Shown here one piece after another: positions 30,692-42,401 of a stretch of DNA of 64,000 nt. Location: NCBI GenBank assembly GCA_934149165.1, contig CAKPDY010000005.1, forward strand, positions 7,046 to 71,045, in the 5' to 3' direction. Source of the DNA: an uncultured Clostridia bacterium (GTDB lineage: Bacteria; Bacillota; Clostridia; TANB77; CAG-508). A program made the translations under genes and the position numbers. The first letter of the stretch is position 1, and each line of letters starts with the position of its first letter. Under the pieces are notes generated by a model, which was given only the letters and a program-made list of their open reading frames with translations, had not been told where the DNA came from and made no database searches.

Positions 30692-32173
30692 ATGGAAAAT
30701 AATTTTAAACTATATGAAGATATCGCCAAACGAACAGAAGGTGATATTTATGTTGGAGTAGTAGGTCCTGTACGTACTGGAAAATCAACTTTTATTAAAA
30801 GGTTCATGGATTTATTAGTAATTCCAAATATCGACAACTCTTATAAACAAGAACGTGCTAGAGATGAATTACCTCAAAGTGCTGGTGGTAGAACAATTAT
30901 GACTACAGAGCCAAAATTTATACCAAATGAAGCAGTTGAAATAACAGTAGGAAATAATATTTCTTTAAAAACAAGACTTGTTGATTGTGTTGGATACTTA
31001 GTAAATAATGCAATAGGATATTTAGAAGATGATATGCCAAGAATGGTAAAAACTCCATGGTCTGAGGATGAAATTCCTTTTGAAAAAGCAGCTGAAATTG
31101 GTACTAGAAAAGTTATACAAGAACATTCTACAATAGGTATTTTGGTAACTACAGATGGTAGTATTACAGATATTCCAAGGGAAGATTATATTGAAGCAGA
31201 AGAAAGAGTTGTTCGTGAATTAAAAGAATTAAATAAGCCATTTATAATTCTTCTTAATAGTGACTCTCCTTATTCTGAAAGTACAAAAAATTTAGCACGT
31301 AAATTAGAGGATAAATACGAAACAACTGTAGTTCCAACTGATTGCTCTAATTTAGAATTAGATGATATAAACAATATATTTAGCAAAATTTTATATGAGT
31401 TTCCTATTGAAAGAATAAACATTAACTTTCCAAAATGGGCTGATAGGTTAGATGAAAATCATTGGCTAAAAAAAGAACTTTTTGCTGAAATTAAAGATGC
31501 TTGTTCAGATGCAAGAATTTTAAAAAATGTTGATACTACACTTAGCAAATTACAAAAAACAGATGTAATATCTTCAAGTGTATTAAATGATATTCGTTTA
31601 GGAACTGGTGAAGTAAATATTACTGTTAATTTACACGATGAATTATTTTATAAAATAATTACCGAAATTTCTGGAGTTACAATTTCAAATGAAGGAGATT
31701 TATTTGCAACAATAGCTGAATTTTCAAAAACTAAAAAAGAATATGATAAAATTGCATATGCTCTTGAAGAAGTAAAAGCAAAAGGTTATGGAATAGTAAC
31801 ACCTTCAATGGAAGAATTAATATTAGATGAACCAGAAATGGTAAAACAAGGTTCACGATATGGAGTTAAATTAAAAGCTAAAGCACCTTCAATACATATG
31901 ATTCGTGCTGATATTGAAACCGAAGTTTCACCTATTGTTGGAAGTGAAAAACAATCAGAAGAATTAGTAAATTATTTACTTTCTGAATTTGAAAATGACC
32001 CAATAAAAATCTGGGAATCAAATATATTTGGAAAAAGTTTACATGAATTGGTTAATGAAGGATTGCAAAATAAATTATGTAGAATGCCAGAAGATGCTCA
32101 ATGTAAGTTACAAGAAACTTTGGAACGTATTGTTAATGAAGGTAGTGGCGGTTTAATTTGCATTATTCTTTAA
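30692..32173 (+). CDS. spoIVA: Stage IV sporulation protein A (spore coat morphogenetic ATPase)
   Basis: GVVGPVRTGKSTFIKRFM Walker A and full-length similarity to SpoIVA, including the C-terminal GGLICII. Confidence 0.92.
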   Translation: MENNFKLYEDIAKRTEGDIYVGVVGPVRTGKSTFIKRFMDLLVIPNIDNSYKQERARDELPQSAGGRTIMTTEPKFIPNEAVEITVGNNISLKTRLVDCVGYLVNNAIGYLEDDMPRMVKTPWSEDEIPFEKAAEIGTRKVIQEHSTIGILVTTDGSITDIPREDYIEAEERVVRELKELNKPFIILLNSDSPYSESTKNLARKLEDKYETTVVPTDCSNLELDDINNIFSKILYEFPIERININFPKWADRLDENHWLKKELFAEIKDACSDARILKNVDTTLSKLQKTDVISSSVLNDIRLGTGEVNITVNLHDELFYKIITEISGVTISNEGDLFATIAEFSKTKKEYDKIAYALEEVKAKGYGIVTPSMEELILDEPEMVKQGSRYGVKLKAKAPSIHMIRADIETEVSPIVGSEKQSEELVNYLLSEFENDPIKIWESNIFGKSLHELVNEGLQNKLCRMPEDAQCKLQETLERIVNEGSGGLICIIL

Positions 32174-32244
32174 TTTTTTATTGCTAAAGCCATATATTTG
32201 CTATATAATACAAAATAACTGTATAAAAGGAGGTTTTGTATTAT

Positions 32245-33990
32245 ATGGCTTTTGATGGCATTACTACAATATCAATTGTAAATGAATTAAACAAATTTAT
32301 ATTAAATGGAAAAATTAATAAAGTTTTTGAACCAAATAAAAATGAAATTATATTAGGTATATATAATTATGGCAAAAATTATGCTTTAAACTGTTCTATT
32401 GGTTCAGATAACTATAGAATAAATTTAACAACAAATTCTAAACCCAACCCTATTAATGCACCTAGTTTTTGTATGTTATTACGAAAACATTTAATTGGTG
32501 GAAAAATAAATAAAATTTATACCCCAGGATTAGAAAGAATTGTTATTATTGAATTTGAATGTTATAGTGAATTAAATGATTTAATTACAAAAAAACTTGT
32601 TATAGAATTAATGGGAAAACATAGTAATATTATTCTTTTAAATGAAAAAAATATAATAATAGATAGTCTTAGACATCTTGATTCTTATAATAATTCATTA
32701 AGAGATATTTTACCTGCCCACCTTTATGAATTACCAAATACATCTAAAATTGATTTTCTTACTATAAACAATTTTGAAGATTTTTATAATTTAACCAAAA
32801 ATCTTGACTCTTTAGATATTGGTATTTCTAATACATTCAATGGTATTAGCAAATTATTTATGCAAAGTGTTTTAGATGAACTTCAAATTACTGAAAATGA
32901 TAAAACTGCTGTAAATTACAACAACTTGGAGAAAATATTTAACTATATAACTAAAGTGCTTAATACAACTGTGTATTTTAAAACATATAATTCAGATTAT
33001 ACTATTACATTATTGCCAAATGACTCTAATAAAGAAATACCTTATTTAAACTTTTTTCTTGATGATTATTATACATCAAAAGAAAATCAGTCTGATTTTT
33101 TAAGTTATAGAAATACTATTTTAAAATTAGTTGATGGTACTTTAAAAAAGATTACAAAAAAATTGAACAATATAAATATTAAATTAAAAGAATGTACACA
33201 TAAAGATACTTTTAAATTATATGGAGAGCTTATTACTGCTAATATGTATAAATTCAAATTTTTTAATAATGATTTTATTGAAGTTGAAAATTATTATGAT
33301 AACAATAATTTAATAAAAATACCTGTTAATAAACATATTTCACCATCTGCTAATGCAAAAAACTATTTTAAAAAATATAATAAATTAAAAAATGCATTAG
33401 AAATTGTTAATAACCAAAAAAAGGAAACAATAGCAGAATTAGATTATATTGAAACAATAATATACTCTTTAGAAAACACTAGAACTATTGAAGATGTAGA
33501 TGAAATTTATAGTGAAATAAAAGAAAATGAATTATTTTTTAGTAAAAAATTTAATAATTCACAATCAATACAAAAATCTTCAAAATTCGTTAAATCTTCA
33601 AAAATAAAAAAGTCTAATAAAAAATTGGATAAAGAATATGTTCCTATACAATATAAAATTGAAAATTACACATTTTTAATTGGAAAAAACAATAAACAAA
33701 ATGATTATTTATCTACCAAAGTATTAAAAAACAATGATTTATGGTTTCATACAAAAGACATACATGGAAGTCATGGTATTTTACAAACAAACAATACAAC
33801 TCCTTCTATTGATGTAATTATTAAATGTTCACAAATTATTGCTTACTACAGCCAAGCTAGACAATCTTCTAATGTTCCTGTTGATTATACATTAGGTCAA
33901 TATGTAAAAAAGCCTTCTGGAAGTAAACCTGGAATGGTTATTTATACTCATAATTCTACTATTAATGTTCAACCAAACATAAATAGTTAA
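32245..33990 (+). CDS. rqcH: Rqc2-homologue RqcH / fibronectin-binding protein A family (NFACT domains)
   Basis: MAFDGITTISIVNELN... NFACT-N, a coiled-coil middle, and a C-terminal NFACT-R (WFHTKDIHGSH). ATG at 32245, 10 nt after AAGGAGG. Confidence 0.8.
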   Translation: MAFDGITTISIVNELNKFILNGKINKVFEPNKNEIILGIYNYGKNYALNCSIGSDNYRINLTTNSKPNPINAPSFCMLLRKHLIGGKINKIYTPGLERIVIIEFECYSELNDLITKKLVIELMGKHSNIILLNEKNIIIDSLRHLDSYNNSLRDILPAHLYELPNTSKIDFLTINNFEDFYNLTKNLDSLDIGISNTFNGISKLFMQSVLDELQITENDKTAVNYNNLEKIFNYITKVLNTTVYFKTYNSDYTITLLPNDSNKEIPYLNFFLDDYYTSKENQSDFLSYRNTILKLVDGTLKKITKKLNNINIKLKECTHKDTFKLYGELITANMYKFKFFNNDFIEVENYYDNNNLIKIPVNKHISPSANAKNYFKKYNKLKNALEIVNNQKKETIAELDYIETIIYSLENTRTIEDVDEIYSEIKENELFFSKKFNNSQSIQKSSKFVKSSKIKKSNKKLDKEYVPIQYKIENYTFLIGKNNKQNDYLSTKVLKNNDLWFHTKDIHGSHGILQTNNTTPSIDVIIKCSQIIAYYSQARQSSNVPVDYTLGQYVKKPSGSKPGMVIYTHNSTINVQPNINS

Positions 33991-34000
33991 ACATAAAAAA

Positions 34001-34036
34001 ATCACTATAATATACTTTAAAAAATATTATAGTGAT
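34001..34036 (+). terminator. Hairpin plus T-run after rqcH
   Basis: ATCACTATAATA...TATTATAGTGAT is followed by TTTTTTT. Confidence 0.65.
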
Positions 34037-34076
34037 TTTTTTATTTATTAGGTAAATCTTTCAATCTAATGAAAGA

Positions 34077-35075
34077 TTATGCATTTTTAGTAAACCTCCA
34101 TGAATCTTTGCACATATCTTCAATACTTTTTTTAGCTTCCCAACCTAATTCGTTTTTAGCTTTACTTGGGTCTGCATAACATGTTGCAATATCCCCTGGT
34201 CTTCTTTCAACAATTTTATATTTAATTTCAATATTATTTGCATCTTCAAAAGCTTTAACAATTTGTAAAACAGAATATCCTGTACCAGTTCCTAAATTAT
34301 ATGCTTCTACTCCATTAAAATTACGTGCTTTATCTAATGCTTTTAAATGCCCTTTTGCTAAATCAACAACATGAATATAATCCCTAACACCTGTACCATC
34401 TATAGTATTATAATCATTTCCGAAAACTCTTAAATAATCTAATTTTCCACATGCAACTTGATTAATATATGGTAATAAATTATTTGGAATTCCATTTGGA
34501 TTTTCACCTATTAAACCACTTTCATGAGCCCCAATTGGATTAAAATATCTAAGTAAAATTATACTCCAATCATTGTCTGAAATATATACATCTTTTAAAA
34601 TTTGTTCAATCATTAATTTAGTACTTCCATATGGATTTGTTGTAGATAATGGAAAATCTTCTTTAATTGGAACTGTTGCAGGGTCACCATATACTGTTGC
34701 AGAAGAACTAAATACCATTTTTTTACAATTATGTTGTTTCATTACATCTAGCAAAATTAAAGTACCTGTTATATTATTATGGTAATATTCAATAGGCTTT
34801 GCAACAGATTCTCCAACAGCTTTTAATCCAGCAAAATGAATTACAGAATCTATATTTGGATTTTCCTCAAAAACCTTATTTAATCCCTCTTTATCTAATA
34901 AATCCACTTCATAAAACTTGAAATCCTTGTTTGTAATCATTTTTATTTTATCAAGCATTTCAGGCTTACTATTGCAAAAATTATCTACAATAATAATTTC
35001 TTCTTTCCTATTTAATAATTCAACTACTGTGTGGCTACCAATATAGCCTGCACCACCTGTTACTAATATTGACAT
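34077..35075 (-). CDS. galE: UDP-glucose 4-epimerase
   Basis: GGAGYIGSH Rossmann motif, the YGSTK catalytic motif, and the typical 332-aa length. Confidence 0.9.
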   Translation of the reverse strand: MSILVTGGAGYIGSHTVVELLNRKEEIIIVDNFCNSKPEMLDKIKMITNKDFKFYEVDLLDKEGLNKVFEENPNIDSVIHFAGLKAVGESVAKPIEYYHNNITGTLILLDVMKQHNCKKMVFSSSATVYGDPATVPIKEDFPLSTTNPYGSTKLMIEQILKDVYISDNDWSIILLRYFNPIGAHESGLIGENPNGIPNNLLPYINQVACGKLDYLRVFGNDYNTIDGTGVRDYIHVVDLAKGHLKALDKARNFNGVEAYNLGTGTGYSVLQIVKAFEDANNIEIKYKIVERRPGDIATCYADPSKAKNELGWEAKKSIEDMCKDSWRFTKNA

Positions 35076-35096
35076 ATTAAAACCTCCTTACATAAT

Positions 35097-35669
35097 TTAT
35101 ACTTTGTATAATTCAACATATACCACATAACTCTTTATTGTTTTTCTTACATATATATTTGTTTCTTTATATGGAATATTTTCAATATTTGAACCATCTT
35201 GATTTATAACACCTTTTTTTATCCATTCATCAACATTTCCAATTCCACCATTATATGCTGCAATTGCTAAATAATAATTTTGATTATATTTTTCTAATAA
35301 TTTATTAAAATATTTAGTACCTATCATTATATTAATTTCTGGCTCATATAACATATTAATTTCAAAATTTTCTAAATTTAATTCTTTAGCTATTTCAATT
35401 GCTGTTAAATCCATAAGTTGCATTAATCCCCTTGCTCCACTATTTGATGTAGCATCTTTATTAAAATTACTTTCAACTTTTATTATTGCATATATCCATG
35501 CAGGATCAATTTCATTTATTTCTGCATATTTATTTACATATTCTGAATATTCTTGTCTATAAAATTGTTTTCTAATCAAATCGTATATATTGAATATTTT
35601 TAATAATATTACCAATAACAAAACTATTATCATAGATAATATTAATTTTGTTGTAAATTTCCTTTGCAT
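35097..35669 (-). CDS. Lytic transglycosylase (SLT domain), membrane-anchored
   Basis: VESNFNKDATSNSGARGLMQL and AYNGG motifs. The start is set at ATG 35669 (RBS GGAGAG), just after the polA stop. Confidence 0.75.
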   Translation of the reverse strand: MQRKFTTKLILSMIIVLLLVILLKIFNIYDLIRKQFYRQEYSEYVNKYAEINEIDPAWIYAIIKVESNFNKDATSNSGARGLMQLMDLTAIEIAKELNLENFEINMLYEPEINIMIGTKYFNKLLEKYNQNYYLAIAAYNGGIGNVDEWIKKGVINQDGSNIENIPYKETNIYVRKTIKSYVVYVELYKV

Positions 35670-35682
35670 TAAATCTCTCCTT

Positions 35683-38448
35683 TTATTTAGCTTCATACCA
35701 ATTAGAAGCTTCAGATGTTTCAACTAATAGTGGCACATCCATTTTACATGCTTCTTCCATTGATTTCTTTAGTAATTTAGTAACTGTATCCTTTATATTA
35801 ATATTACACTCTAAAATAAGCTCATCATGAACTTGCAATACTATTTGTGCATCTAAATTTTCTTGTTTTAATTTTTTATATACATCAACCATTGCTATTT
35901 TCATTATATCTGCTGCTGTTCCTTGAATTGGTGTATTCATTGCTGCTCTAGCTCCAAATTGTCTAACCATATAATTATTAGATGAAAGTTCTGGAATATA
36001 TCTTCTTCTATGAAATAATGTTTCAACATACCCTTTTGCTTTTGCCTCTTCAACAATATCATCCATAAATTTTTTTATTCCACTATATTTTTCAAGATAT
36101 TGTTCAATGTATGCTTTAGCTTCTTTTTTACTTATTCCAAGTTGTTCTGATAAACCAAAATCACTTATTCCATAAACAATTCCAAAATTTACTGCTTTAG
36201 CAGATGAACGTTGTTCTTTTGTAACTTCATCAATTGGAATACCCAAAACCTTTGATGCAGCTTGTTTATGAACATCTTCATTATGTAAAAAAGCTTGCAT
36301 CATATTTTCATCTTTTGAAATATGTGCTAAAACTCTTAATTCTACTTGAGAATAATCTGCATCAATATATATATATCCATCTTTTGGTTTAAATACTTTT
36401 CTTAATTGTTTTCCAAGCTCTATTCTAGTTGGAATATTTTGTAAATTAGGCTCTGTACTACTTATTCTTCCAGTAGCTGTTATAGTTTGATGAAAAAATG
36501 AATGTATTCTATTAGTTTTTTCATTTATATATGGTAATAAACCTTCAACATATGTTGAGTTTAATTTCATTAAACTTCTATATTCCAAAATTTTTTCAAT
36601 TATTGGATGATAATTTTTTAATTTTTCAAGTATATCTACATCTGTAGAATAACCTGTTTTTGTTTTCTTTATTACAGGTAAGTTTAATTTTTCAAAAAGA
36701 ATTTTTCCAAGTTGTTGTGTTGAATTTATATTAAAATTTTCCCCAGCTAATTCGTGAATTTCATTAGTTAAAACGTCTAATTTTTCTTTTAATTTTTTTC
36801 CTATTTCAACCAATTCATTTTTGTCCACATACATACCATTTAACTGCATTTGGCTTAATACTTCTACTAATGGCATTTCTATATTATTAAACAAATTTAT
36901 ACTATCTATTTCTTTCAATTTTTCTAATGTTATAGAATACAATTTTCCAATACAATATGCTGTTATTATATTATTGTATTTATTTTTATCTTCTATTATT
37001 TCTTCTTGTTCTGTATTATTTTGATTCATTATTTCAAATAAATTAATTTGACTATTTTCTTTATTTTCATTTGAATTATTACCTTCTTCATTTTTTAATG
37101 TAACATATTCATTAATATCTAATTCTAAATACTCAGAAGCCAAATTATTTATTGTAGGCTTATTTGTTGGATTTAGCACATACCCAGCAATTTCGGCATC
37201 ATATACAATGTTAGTCATTTTTACTGAATTTTCGCCAAGTAAAACGTAATCCTCACTCATAGAAAATCCATATTTTTTTATTTCATTATTTTCAAATATT
37301 TTTTTAAAATTATTTATAAATTTATTTATGTTTTTTACGTTTATATAATATACTAATTTTGTTTCATTGTCAAAAATACTAATTGAAACTACATCTTTTT
37401 TTACTATATTTTTACTATTTTTATTAATTTGCTTTCCTATGTAATAAATTAATATTTTTTGTTTTTCTATTAAATTAATTAAATTTTGTATCTCTAAATC
37501 ATTATCAATATCTATTTCTTTTATTTCAAATAAATTTTCAATATTTTTTACTTCTTGAACTTCATTTAAATTAAATCTATCTATAAATCTATTAAAATTC
37601 AATTCTTTAAATATATTTAGAACCTCTACTTTATTCCATTCTTTAACTTTTAAATCTTCCATTTTTTCTTGTACAGGAACTTCAACATTAATAGTACCCA
37701 AAATTTTTGAAAGCTCTGCCAATTCTTTATTATTTACAAGATTTTCCTTTAATTTTCCTTTTACATTTGCTGTTCCATTTTCCAAAGATTTATATAAATT
37801 ATCAATTGTATTATATTCTTTTACTAAATTTAAAGCAGTTTTTTCACCAACACCTGGAACACCTGGAATATTATCTGATGTATCACCTTGAAGACCTTTT
37901 ACTTCTATTAATTGTTTTGGTTCTATACCATAAATTTCTAAGACCTTATTTCTATCAAAATTATCTACATCTGTTTTACCAGCCTTTGTTCTAGGTATTC
38001 TAATTGTAACCTTATCTGTTGCAAGTTGAAATGTATCTCTATCACCTGAAAGAATAGTAACTTCAAGACCTTCTTTTTCACCTATTCTAGCTAATGTTCC
38101 TAAAACATCATCTGCTTCATACCCTTCTTTTTCTATTATTGTTATATTCATATAATGTAAAATTTCTTTTATAATGGGCATTTGTTCTGCAAGTTCATTT
38201 GGCATACCTTTTCTTGTTGCTTTATAACCTTCATACATTTTATGTCTTGCAGTTGGTGCTTTTAAGTCAAATGCAACAGCTATATGGTCTGGTTCAACTT
38301 CTTCTATAACTTTAAAAATAATTGCTAAAAATCCATATACAGCATTAGTATATTTGCCATCTTTTGTCATAAGCATTTTACTTCCCATAATTCCATAAAA
38401 AGCTCTGTTCATAATGCTATTTCCATCTATTACTAATAATCTTGACAT
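35683..38448 (-). CDS. polA: DNA polymerase I
   Basis: 5'-nuclease domain, a degenerate 3'-5' exonuclease region, and Pol A motifs (DYSQVELRVLAH, QVHDELI). Confidence 0.95.
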   Translation of the reverse strand: MSRLLVIDGNSIMNRAFYGIMGSKMLMTKDGKYTNAVYGFLAIIFKVIEEVEPDHIAVAFDLKAPTARHKMYEGYKATRKGMPNELAEQMPIIKEILHYMNITIIEKEGYEADDVLGTLARIGEKEGLEVTILSGDRDTFQLATDKVTIRIPRTKAGKTDVDNFDRNKVLEIYGIEPKQLIEVKGLQGDTSDNIPGVPGVGEKTALNLVKEYNTIDNLYKSLENGTANVKGKLKENLVNNKELAELSKILGTINVEVPVQEKMEDLKVKEWNKVEVLNIFKELNFNRFIDRFNLNEVQEVKNIENLFEIKEIDIDNDLEIQNLINLIEKQKILIYYIGKQINKNSKNIVKKDVVSISIFDNETKLVYYINVKNINKFINNFKKIFENNEIKKYGFSMSEDYVLLGENSVKMTNIVYDAEIAGYVLNPTNKPTINNLASEYLELDINEYVTLKNEEGNNSNENKENSQINLFEIMNQNNTEQEEIIEDKNKYNNIITAYCIGKLYSITLEKLKEIDSINLFNNIEMPLVEVLSQMQLNGMYVDKNELVEIGKKLKEKLDVLTNEIHELAGENFNINSTQQLGKILFEKLNLPVIKKTKTGYSTDVDILEKLKNYHPIIEKILEYRSLMKLNSTYVEGLLPYINEKTNRIHSFFHQTITATGRISSTEPNLQNIPTRIELGKQLRKVFKPKDGYIYIDADYSQVELRVLAHISKDENMMQAFLHNEDVHKQAASKVLGIPIDEVTKEQRSSAKAVNFGIVYGISDFGLSEQLGISKKEAKAYIEQYLEKYSGIKKFMDDIVEEAKAKGYVETLFHRRRYIPELSSNNYMVRQFGARAAMNTPIQGTAADIMKIAMVDVYKKLKQENLDAQIVLQVHDELILECNINIKDTVTKLLKKSMEEACKMDVPLLVETSEASNWYEAK

Positions 38449-38600
38449 TTGTTTTCCTCTCCTTTTTTAATCTTATAGTAATATTTTTGTAATTTTTAAC
38501 TGATTATATCATAAACAAAAGATAATTTCATTATTTATATAAAATTTATTAAAATATAGTCTGCATCTATTCTGAATGTTGCATTTTTGGTAACTACAAC

Positions 38601-39176
38601 TTATCTTTGTGGTTCTTTTTCCAACATTTGTAATTGCTTTTCTATATTATTTAAAAAATTAATTCTTTTATATACTGTATCTGGATGATGTGCTTTCGCG
38701 TCAGCATATTGTACTTGTAATCTTTTTTTGGTCATTTCCAATGTATTATCCAAATTATTTACATCTATTATTGTATCATGAGTTTTCACTAAATAAGATA
38801 CATTTTTTATAAACTCTTCATTATATCCTAATCTAACTAATATCTTTTTTGTCATTTCATAGGAAACTTCTGGATGACCATGAAAATGTCTAACTTCATC
38901 ATCTTGATATGAAAATGGTTTTCCAATATCATGTAATAAAACCGCCATTTTAATTTCTAAATCATTTGTATTTAAATTGTTTAATGCCTCTAAAGTATGT
39001 TGCCAAACATCTAAATGATGATGTGGATGTTTATGTTCAAATCCTATCATATAATTTAATTCTGGTATTACATCTAATAAATATTTAATATTTTCATTAA
39101 TAGACATTACACTGTTGTCTGTATTAAGAATTTTATTTACTTTTTCTCTTGATAATTTCAAATTATTCACTTCCAT
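38601..39176 (-). CDS. HD-domain protein
   Basis: HHHLDVWQHT...LLHDIGKP HD motif. ATG at 39176 after GGAGGA. Confidence 0.55.
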   Translation of the reverse strand: MEVNNLKLSREKVNKILNTDNSVMSINENIKYLLDVIPELNYMIGFEHKHPHHHLDVWQHTLEALNNLNTNDLEIKMAVLLHDIGKPFSYQDDEVRHFHGHPEVSYEMTKKILVRLGYNEEFIKNVSYLVKTHDTIIDVNNLDNTLEMTKKRLQVQYADAKAHHPDTVYKRINFLNNIEKQLQMLEKEPQR

Positions 39177-39213
39177 GTTATATCCTCCATACACACAAAT
39201 TATATAATACTTT

Positions 39214-39780
39214 TTATTTTGTAGATTTATGACTTTGTTTCATCAAATTTTTAACATTATATCTATCTTCCTCACTAAAAATACACCCACAATATTTTTG
39301 CATATACAACCCATACTCTCTAGCCTTAGCTTGTCCTTCCCTAAAGCCTACTCTAAAATCTCTATACACAAATTCTAATTCATATTTCTTACATACTTCT
39401 TCACATACCTTTTTTAAAGCCTCATGATTTTGATAAGGACTTACAAATAGTGTTGTTGTAATTGCATCATATCCATTTTCTTTAGCATATTTTGCTGTTT
39501 GTTCTAGTCTAACTTTATAACAATAATTTACACATCTATTTTGTAAATTGTTAATTACATTTTTGCAAAATTCATCTAATCCATACTCTTCTTGGAAAAT
39601 AGCCTGTATTCCTATATCTGAAGCATATTGTTTTAAACAATCACGTCTTGCTTTATATTCTTGGTATGGATGAATATTTGGATTATACCAATATAATGTT
39701 GGTATAATTCCTTCATTTTTTAAGCTTTCTATACAATATACACTACAAGGTGCACAACATGTGTGCATTAGTAATTTCAT
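39214..39780 (-). CDS. queH: Epoxyqueuosine reductase QueH (DUF208)
   Basis: MHTCCAPCSVY N-terminal Cys cluster and a C-terminal CGC motif, typical of QueH. Confidence 0.8.
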   Translation of the reverse strand: MKLLMHTCCAPCSVYCIESLKNEGIIPTLYWYNPNIHPYQEYKARRDCLKQYASDIGIQAIFQEEYGLDEFCKNVINNLQNRCVNYCYKVRLEQTAKYAKENGYDAITTTLFVSPYQNHEALKKVCEEVCKKYELEFVYRDFRVGFREGQAKAREYGLYMQKYCGCIFSEEDRYNVKNLMKQSHKSTK

Positions 39781-39880
39781 TTATTTCACCTCTGATTTTT
39801 CTTTTTTTAATTTATTTTATTAAATTTATATATGATAATACTTTTTTGCTTTTTATTTTATACATTATACCTTTTCAATA

Positions 39881-41320
39881 TTAATATTGTCTTCCCCAAA
39901 CAACCATGGTATCTGCCTTTTTACCACAAACAACACATGTGTCTGAAATATGTTCTTGTTCAAAAGGAATACATCTTGAATGTGCACCTGTTAATTCTTT
40001 TATTTTATTTTCACATTCAACATCTCCACACCACATTGTTTTTACATATCCTTGATTATTATTTATATTTTTTTCAAATTCTTCCATAGTAGTTGCTATA
40101 GTAGTTCTACTAATATTTCTTTGTTTACACATATTGAACATATTTATTTGAATATCGTTTAATATTTCATTTAATTTTTCATTTATTTCACTTAAACTGA
40201 TTTCTATTTTTTCATTATTATCTCTTCTTACAACAACACATTTTCCATTTTCAATGTCACGTGGACCAAGTTCAATTCTAACTGGAACACCTCTCATTTC
40301 CCAATCATTAAATTTATATCCAGGTGAATATTGTTCTCTTACATCTAACTCCATTCTATATTTTTCATTTAATCTATTAAATAGTTCTGTTGCTGCCTCT
40401 TTTACTCCTGGTTTATGCATTGCAACTGGTACTATAACAGCTTGAATAGGAGCTACTTTTGGTGGTAGTTTTAGACCTCTATCATCTCCATGAGCCATGA
40501 TTAGTGCACCAATTAATCTTGTACTAATTCCCCATGATGTTTGATATGCATATTCTTCTTTTCCTTCTTTGTTTTGGAATTTTACTTCAAATGGTTTTGT
40601 AAAATTTTGTCCAAAATAATGTGAAGTTCCTGCTTGTAATGCTCTACCATCATGCATTAAAGTTTCTACTGTATATGTTGCTTCTGCCCCTGCAAATTGT
40701 TCCTTTTTAGTTTTTTGTCCTTTTAGAACTGGTATTGCAAGTAATTCTTCTATAACTTTTGCATAAACATCTAACATTTGTAATGTTCTTTCTTCAGCTT
40801 CTTGGCTTGTAGCATGAATTGTATGACCTTCTTGCCATAAGAATTCTCTTGAACGCAAAAATGGTCTTGTTTCTTTTTCCCATCTTAAAACATTACACCA
40901 TTGATTATATACCATTGGTAAATCTCTCCATGATGATAACCATTTTGAGTATAAATTTGAAAACATTGTTTCTGAAGTTGGACGAATACAATATGGGTCT
41001 TCTAATTCTTCTCCTCCTGCTTTAGTAACTAATGCAACTTCTGGTGCAAAACCTTCTACATGGTCTTTTTCTTTTTGTAATAAACTTTCTGGAATTAAAA
41101 CTGGAAAATATACGTTTTTTACACCTGATTTTTTAAATAATTCATCAGTATATTTTTGTATATTTTCCCAAATTGCATAACCATATGGTTTTATTGCTAT
41201 ACAACCTTTTGTACTTGTGTAATCTGCAAGTTCAGCTTTTAATACTATGTCTGTGTACCATTGTGCAAAATTTTCATCTATGTTTGTTATATCTTTTACA
41301 AATCCTTTTTGTTCGTTCAT
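39881..41320 (-). CDS. proS: Proline--tRNA ligase (short, archaeal/eukaryote-like type)
   Basis: 479 aa with class II motifs and a C-terminal Zn-binding CGxxxC...CxxC region ending in Y. Confidence 0.92.
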   Translation of the reverse strand: MNEQKGFVKDITNIDENFAQWYTDIVLKAELADYTSTKGCIAIKPYGYAIWENIQKYTDELFKKSGVKNVYFPVLIPESLLQKEKDHVEGFAPEVALVTKAGGEELEDPYCIRPTSETMFSNLYSKWLSSWRDLPMVYNQWCNVLRWEKETRPFLRSREFLWQEGHTIHATSQEAEERTLQMLDVYAKVIEELLAIPVLKGQKTKKEQFAGAEATYTVETLMHDGRALQAGTSHYFGQNFTKPFEVKFQNKEGKEEYAYQTSWGISTRLIGALIMAHGDDRGLKLPPKVAPIQAVIVPVAMHKPGVKEAATELFNRLNEKYRMELDVREQYSPGYKFNDWEMRGVPVRIELGPRDIENGKCVVVRRDNNEKIEISLSEINEKLNEILNDIQINMFNMCKQRNISRTTIATTMEEFEKNINNNQGYVKTMWCGDVECENKIKELTGAHSRCIPFEQEHISDTCVVCGKKADTMVVWGRQY

Positions 41321-41456
41321 ATAAAAAATCTCCTTTATTTTTAATTTTACTAATAGTTAATATACCATAATTTGTTTATAAATTCAAGTAATACAGTATC
41401 AATTTTAATGGGTGATTCTTTACTTTCCAAAGAATCACCCATTATTAAAAAATTTA

Positions 41457-42401
41457 TTAATTTTCTTGTTTTAATAAAATATTGCCACTTTCATCTGTTC
41501 TATAAATTGTAGCATTCAAATTTTTAAATCTTTCCATAGTTTCTTTATGAGGATGACCATAGTCATTTCCCTCACCCACAGATATTACTATAATTTTTGG
41601 TTGTATTTGACTTAAAAATTCTTGAGAAGAACTTGTATTTGAACCATGATGACCTGCTTTTAAAATATCTGTTTGTGGCCATTTTCTAGCACTTTCATTA
41701 TTTTTTTCAGCATCACCTGTAAATAAATAACTTGTTCCATTATATTCCATTCTAACCACAATTGAACATGCATTTAAATCTTTTTTATTATCTTCTATAG
41801 ACATAATTTCGCATTTTGCATTTCCAACTTTGAATGTATCTCCAACTTTTGGAACTGTAATTTTCAAATTTTTTTCTACAATTGCATCAACAACATCTTC
41901 ATATGTTTTAGTTGTTGTAGTTGTTTTTGGCATATATATAGTACCTATATCAAAATTTTCTATAACATCATCTAATCCTCCTATATGGTCTTCATGTGGA
42001 TGTGTTCCTATTAGATAATCTATTTTCTTTATTCCTATTTCTTTTAAATTATTAACTACCAAATCTCCATCTGCATTATTTCCAGCATCAATTAGCATTG
42101 TTTTTCCATTATTTACAATTAACATACTGTCTGCTTGACCTACATCAAAATAATATACTCTTAATATATCCTCATTTATGTCGATTTGTGATATACACGA
42201 ATCTCCAAATTCGGCAGATACATTTTCTAAATTAGCAACATTATTTACTACTTTACTTTGAGCAGTAATGTTATTTAATATATTATCTCCACCTAAAAAA
42301 GCAACTATCAACATTACTACTACAGCAATTATGCTACTTATAATTTTACTATTACTCTTACTTTTTTCCATTAATCTTTCCCCCAATTTTTCTTTAGTCA
42401 T
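41457..42401 (-). CDS. Membrane-anchored metallo-beta-lactamase-fold protein (ComEC C-terminal-domain-like)
   Basis: DVGQADS and HPHEDHIGG motifs. An alternative start at ATG 42371 follows GGGGGAAAG. Confidence 0.7.
   Translation of the reverse strand: MTKEKLGERLMEKSKSNSKIISSIIAVVVMLIVAFLGGDNILNNITAQSKVVNNVANLENVSAEFGDSCISQIDINEDILRVYYFDVGQADSMLIVNNGKTMLIDAGNNADGDLVVNNLKEIGIKKIDYLIGTHPHEDHIGGLDDVIENFDIGTIYMPKTTTTTKTYEDVVDAIVEKNLKITVPKVGDTFKVGNAKCEIMSIEDNKKDLNACSIVVRMEYNGTSYLFTGDAEKNNESARKWPQTDILKAGHHGSNTSSSQEFLSQIQPKIIVISVGEGNDYGHPHKETMERFKNLNATIYRTDESGNILLKQEN

Noticed and set aside
41321-41456. T-box leaders upstream of proS and hisS (also 44106-44361)
   Set aside because: The proS upstream gap is only about 135 nt and is mostly the terminator of the preceding gene. 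Neither region shows a specifier-loop and T-box (AGGGUGGNACCGCG-like) arrangement.
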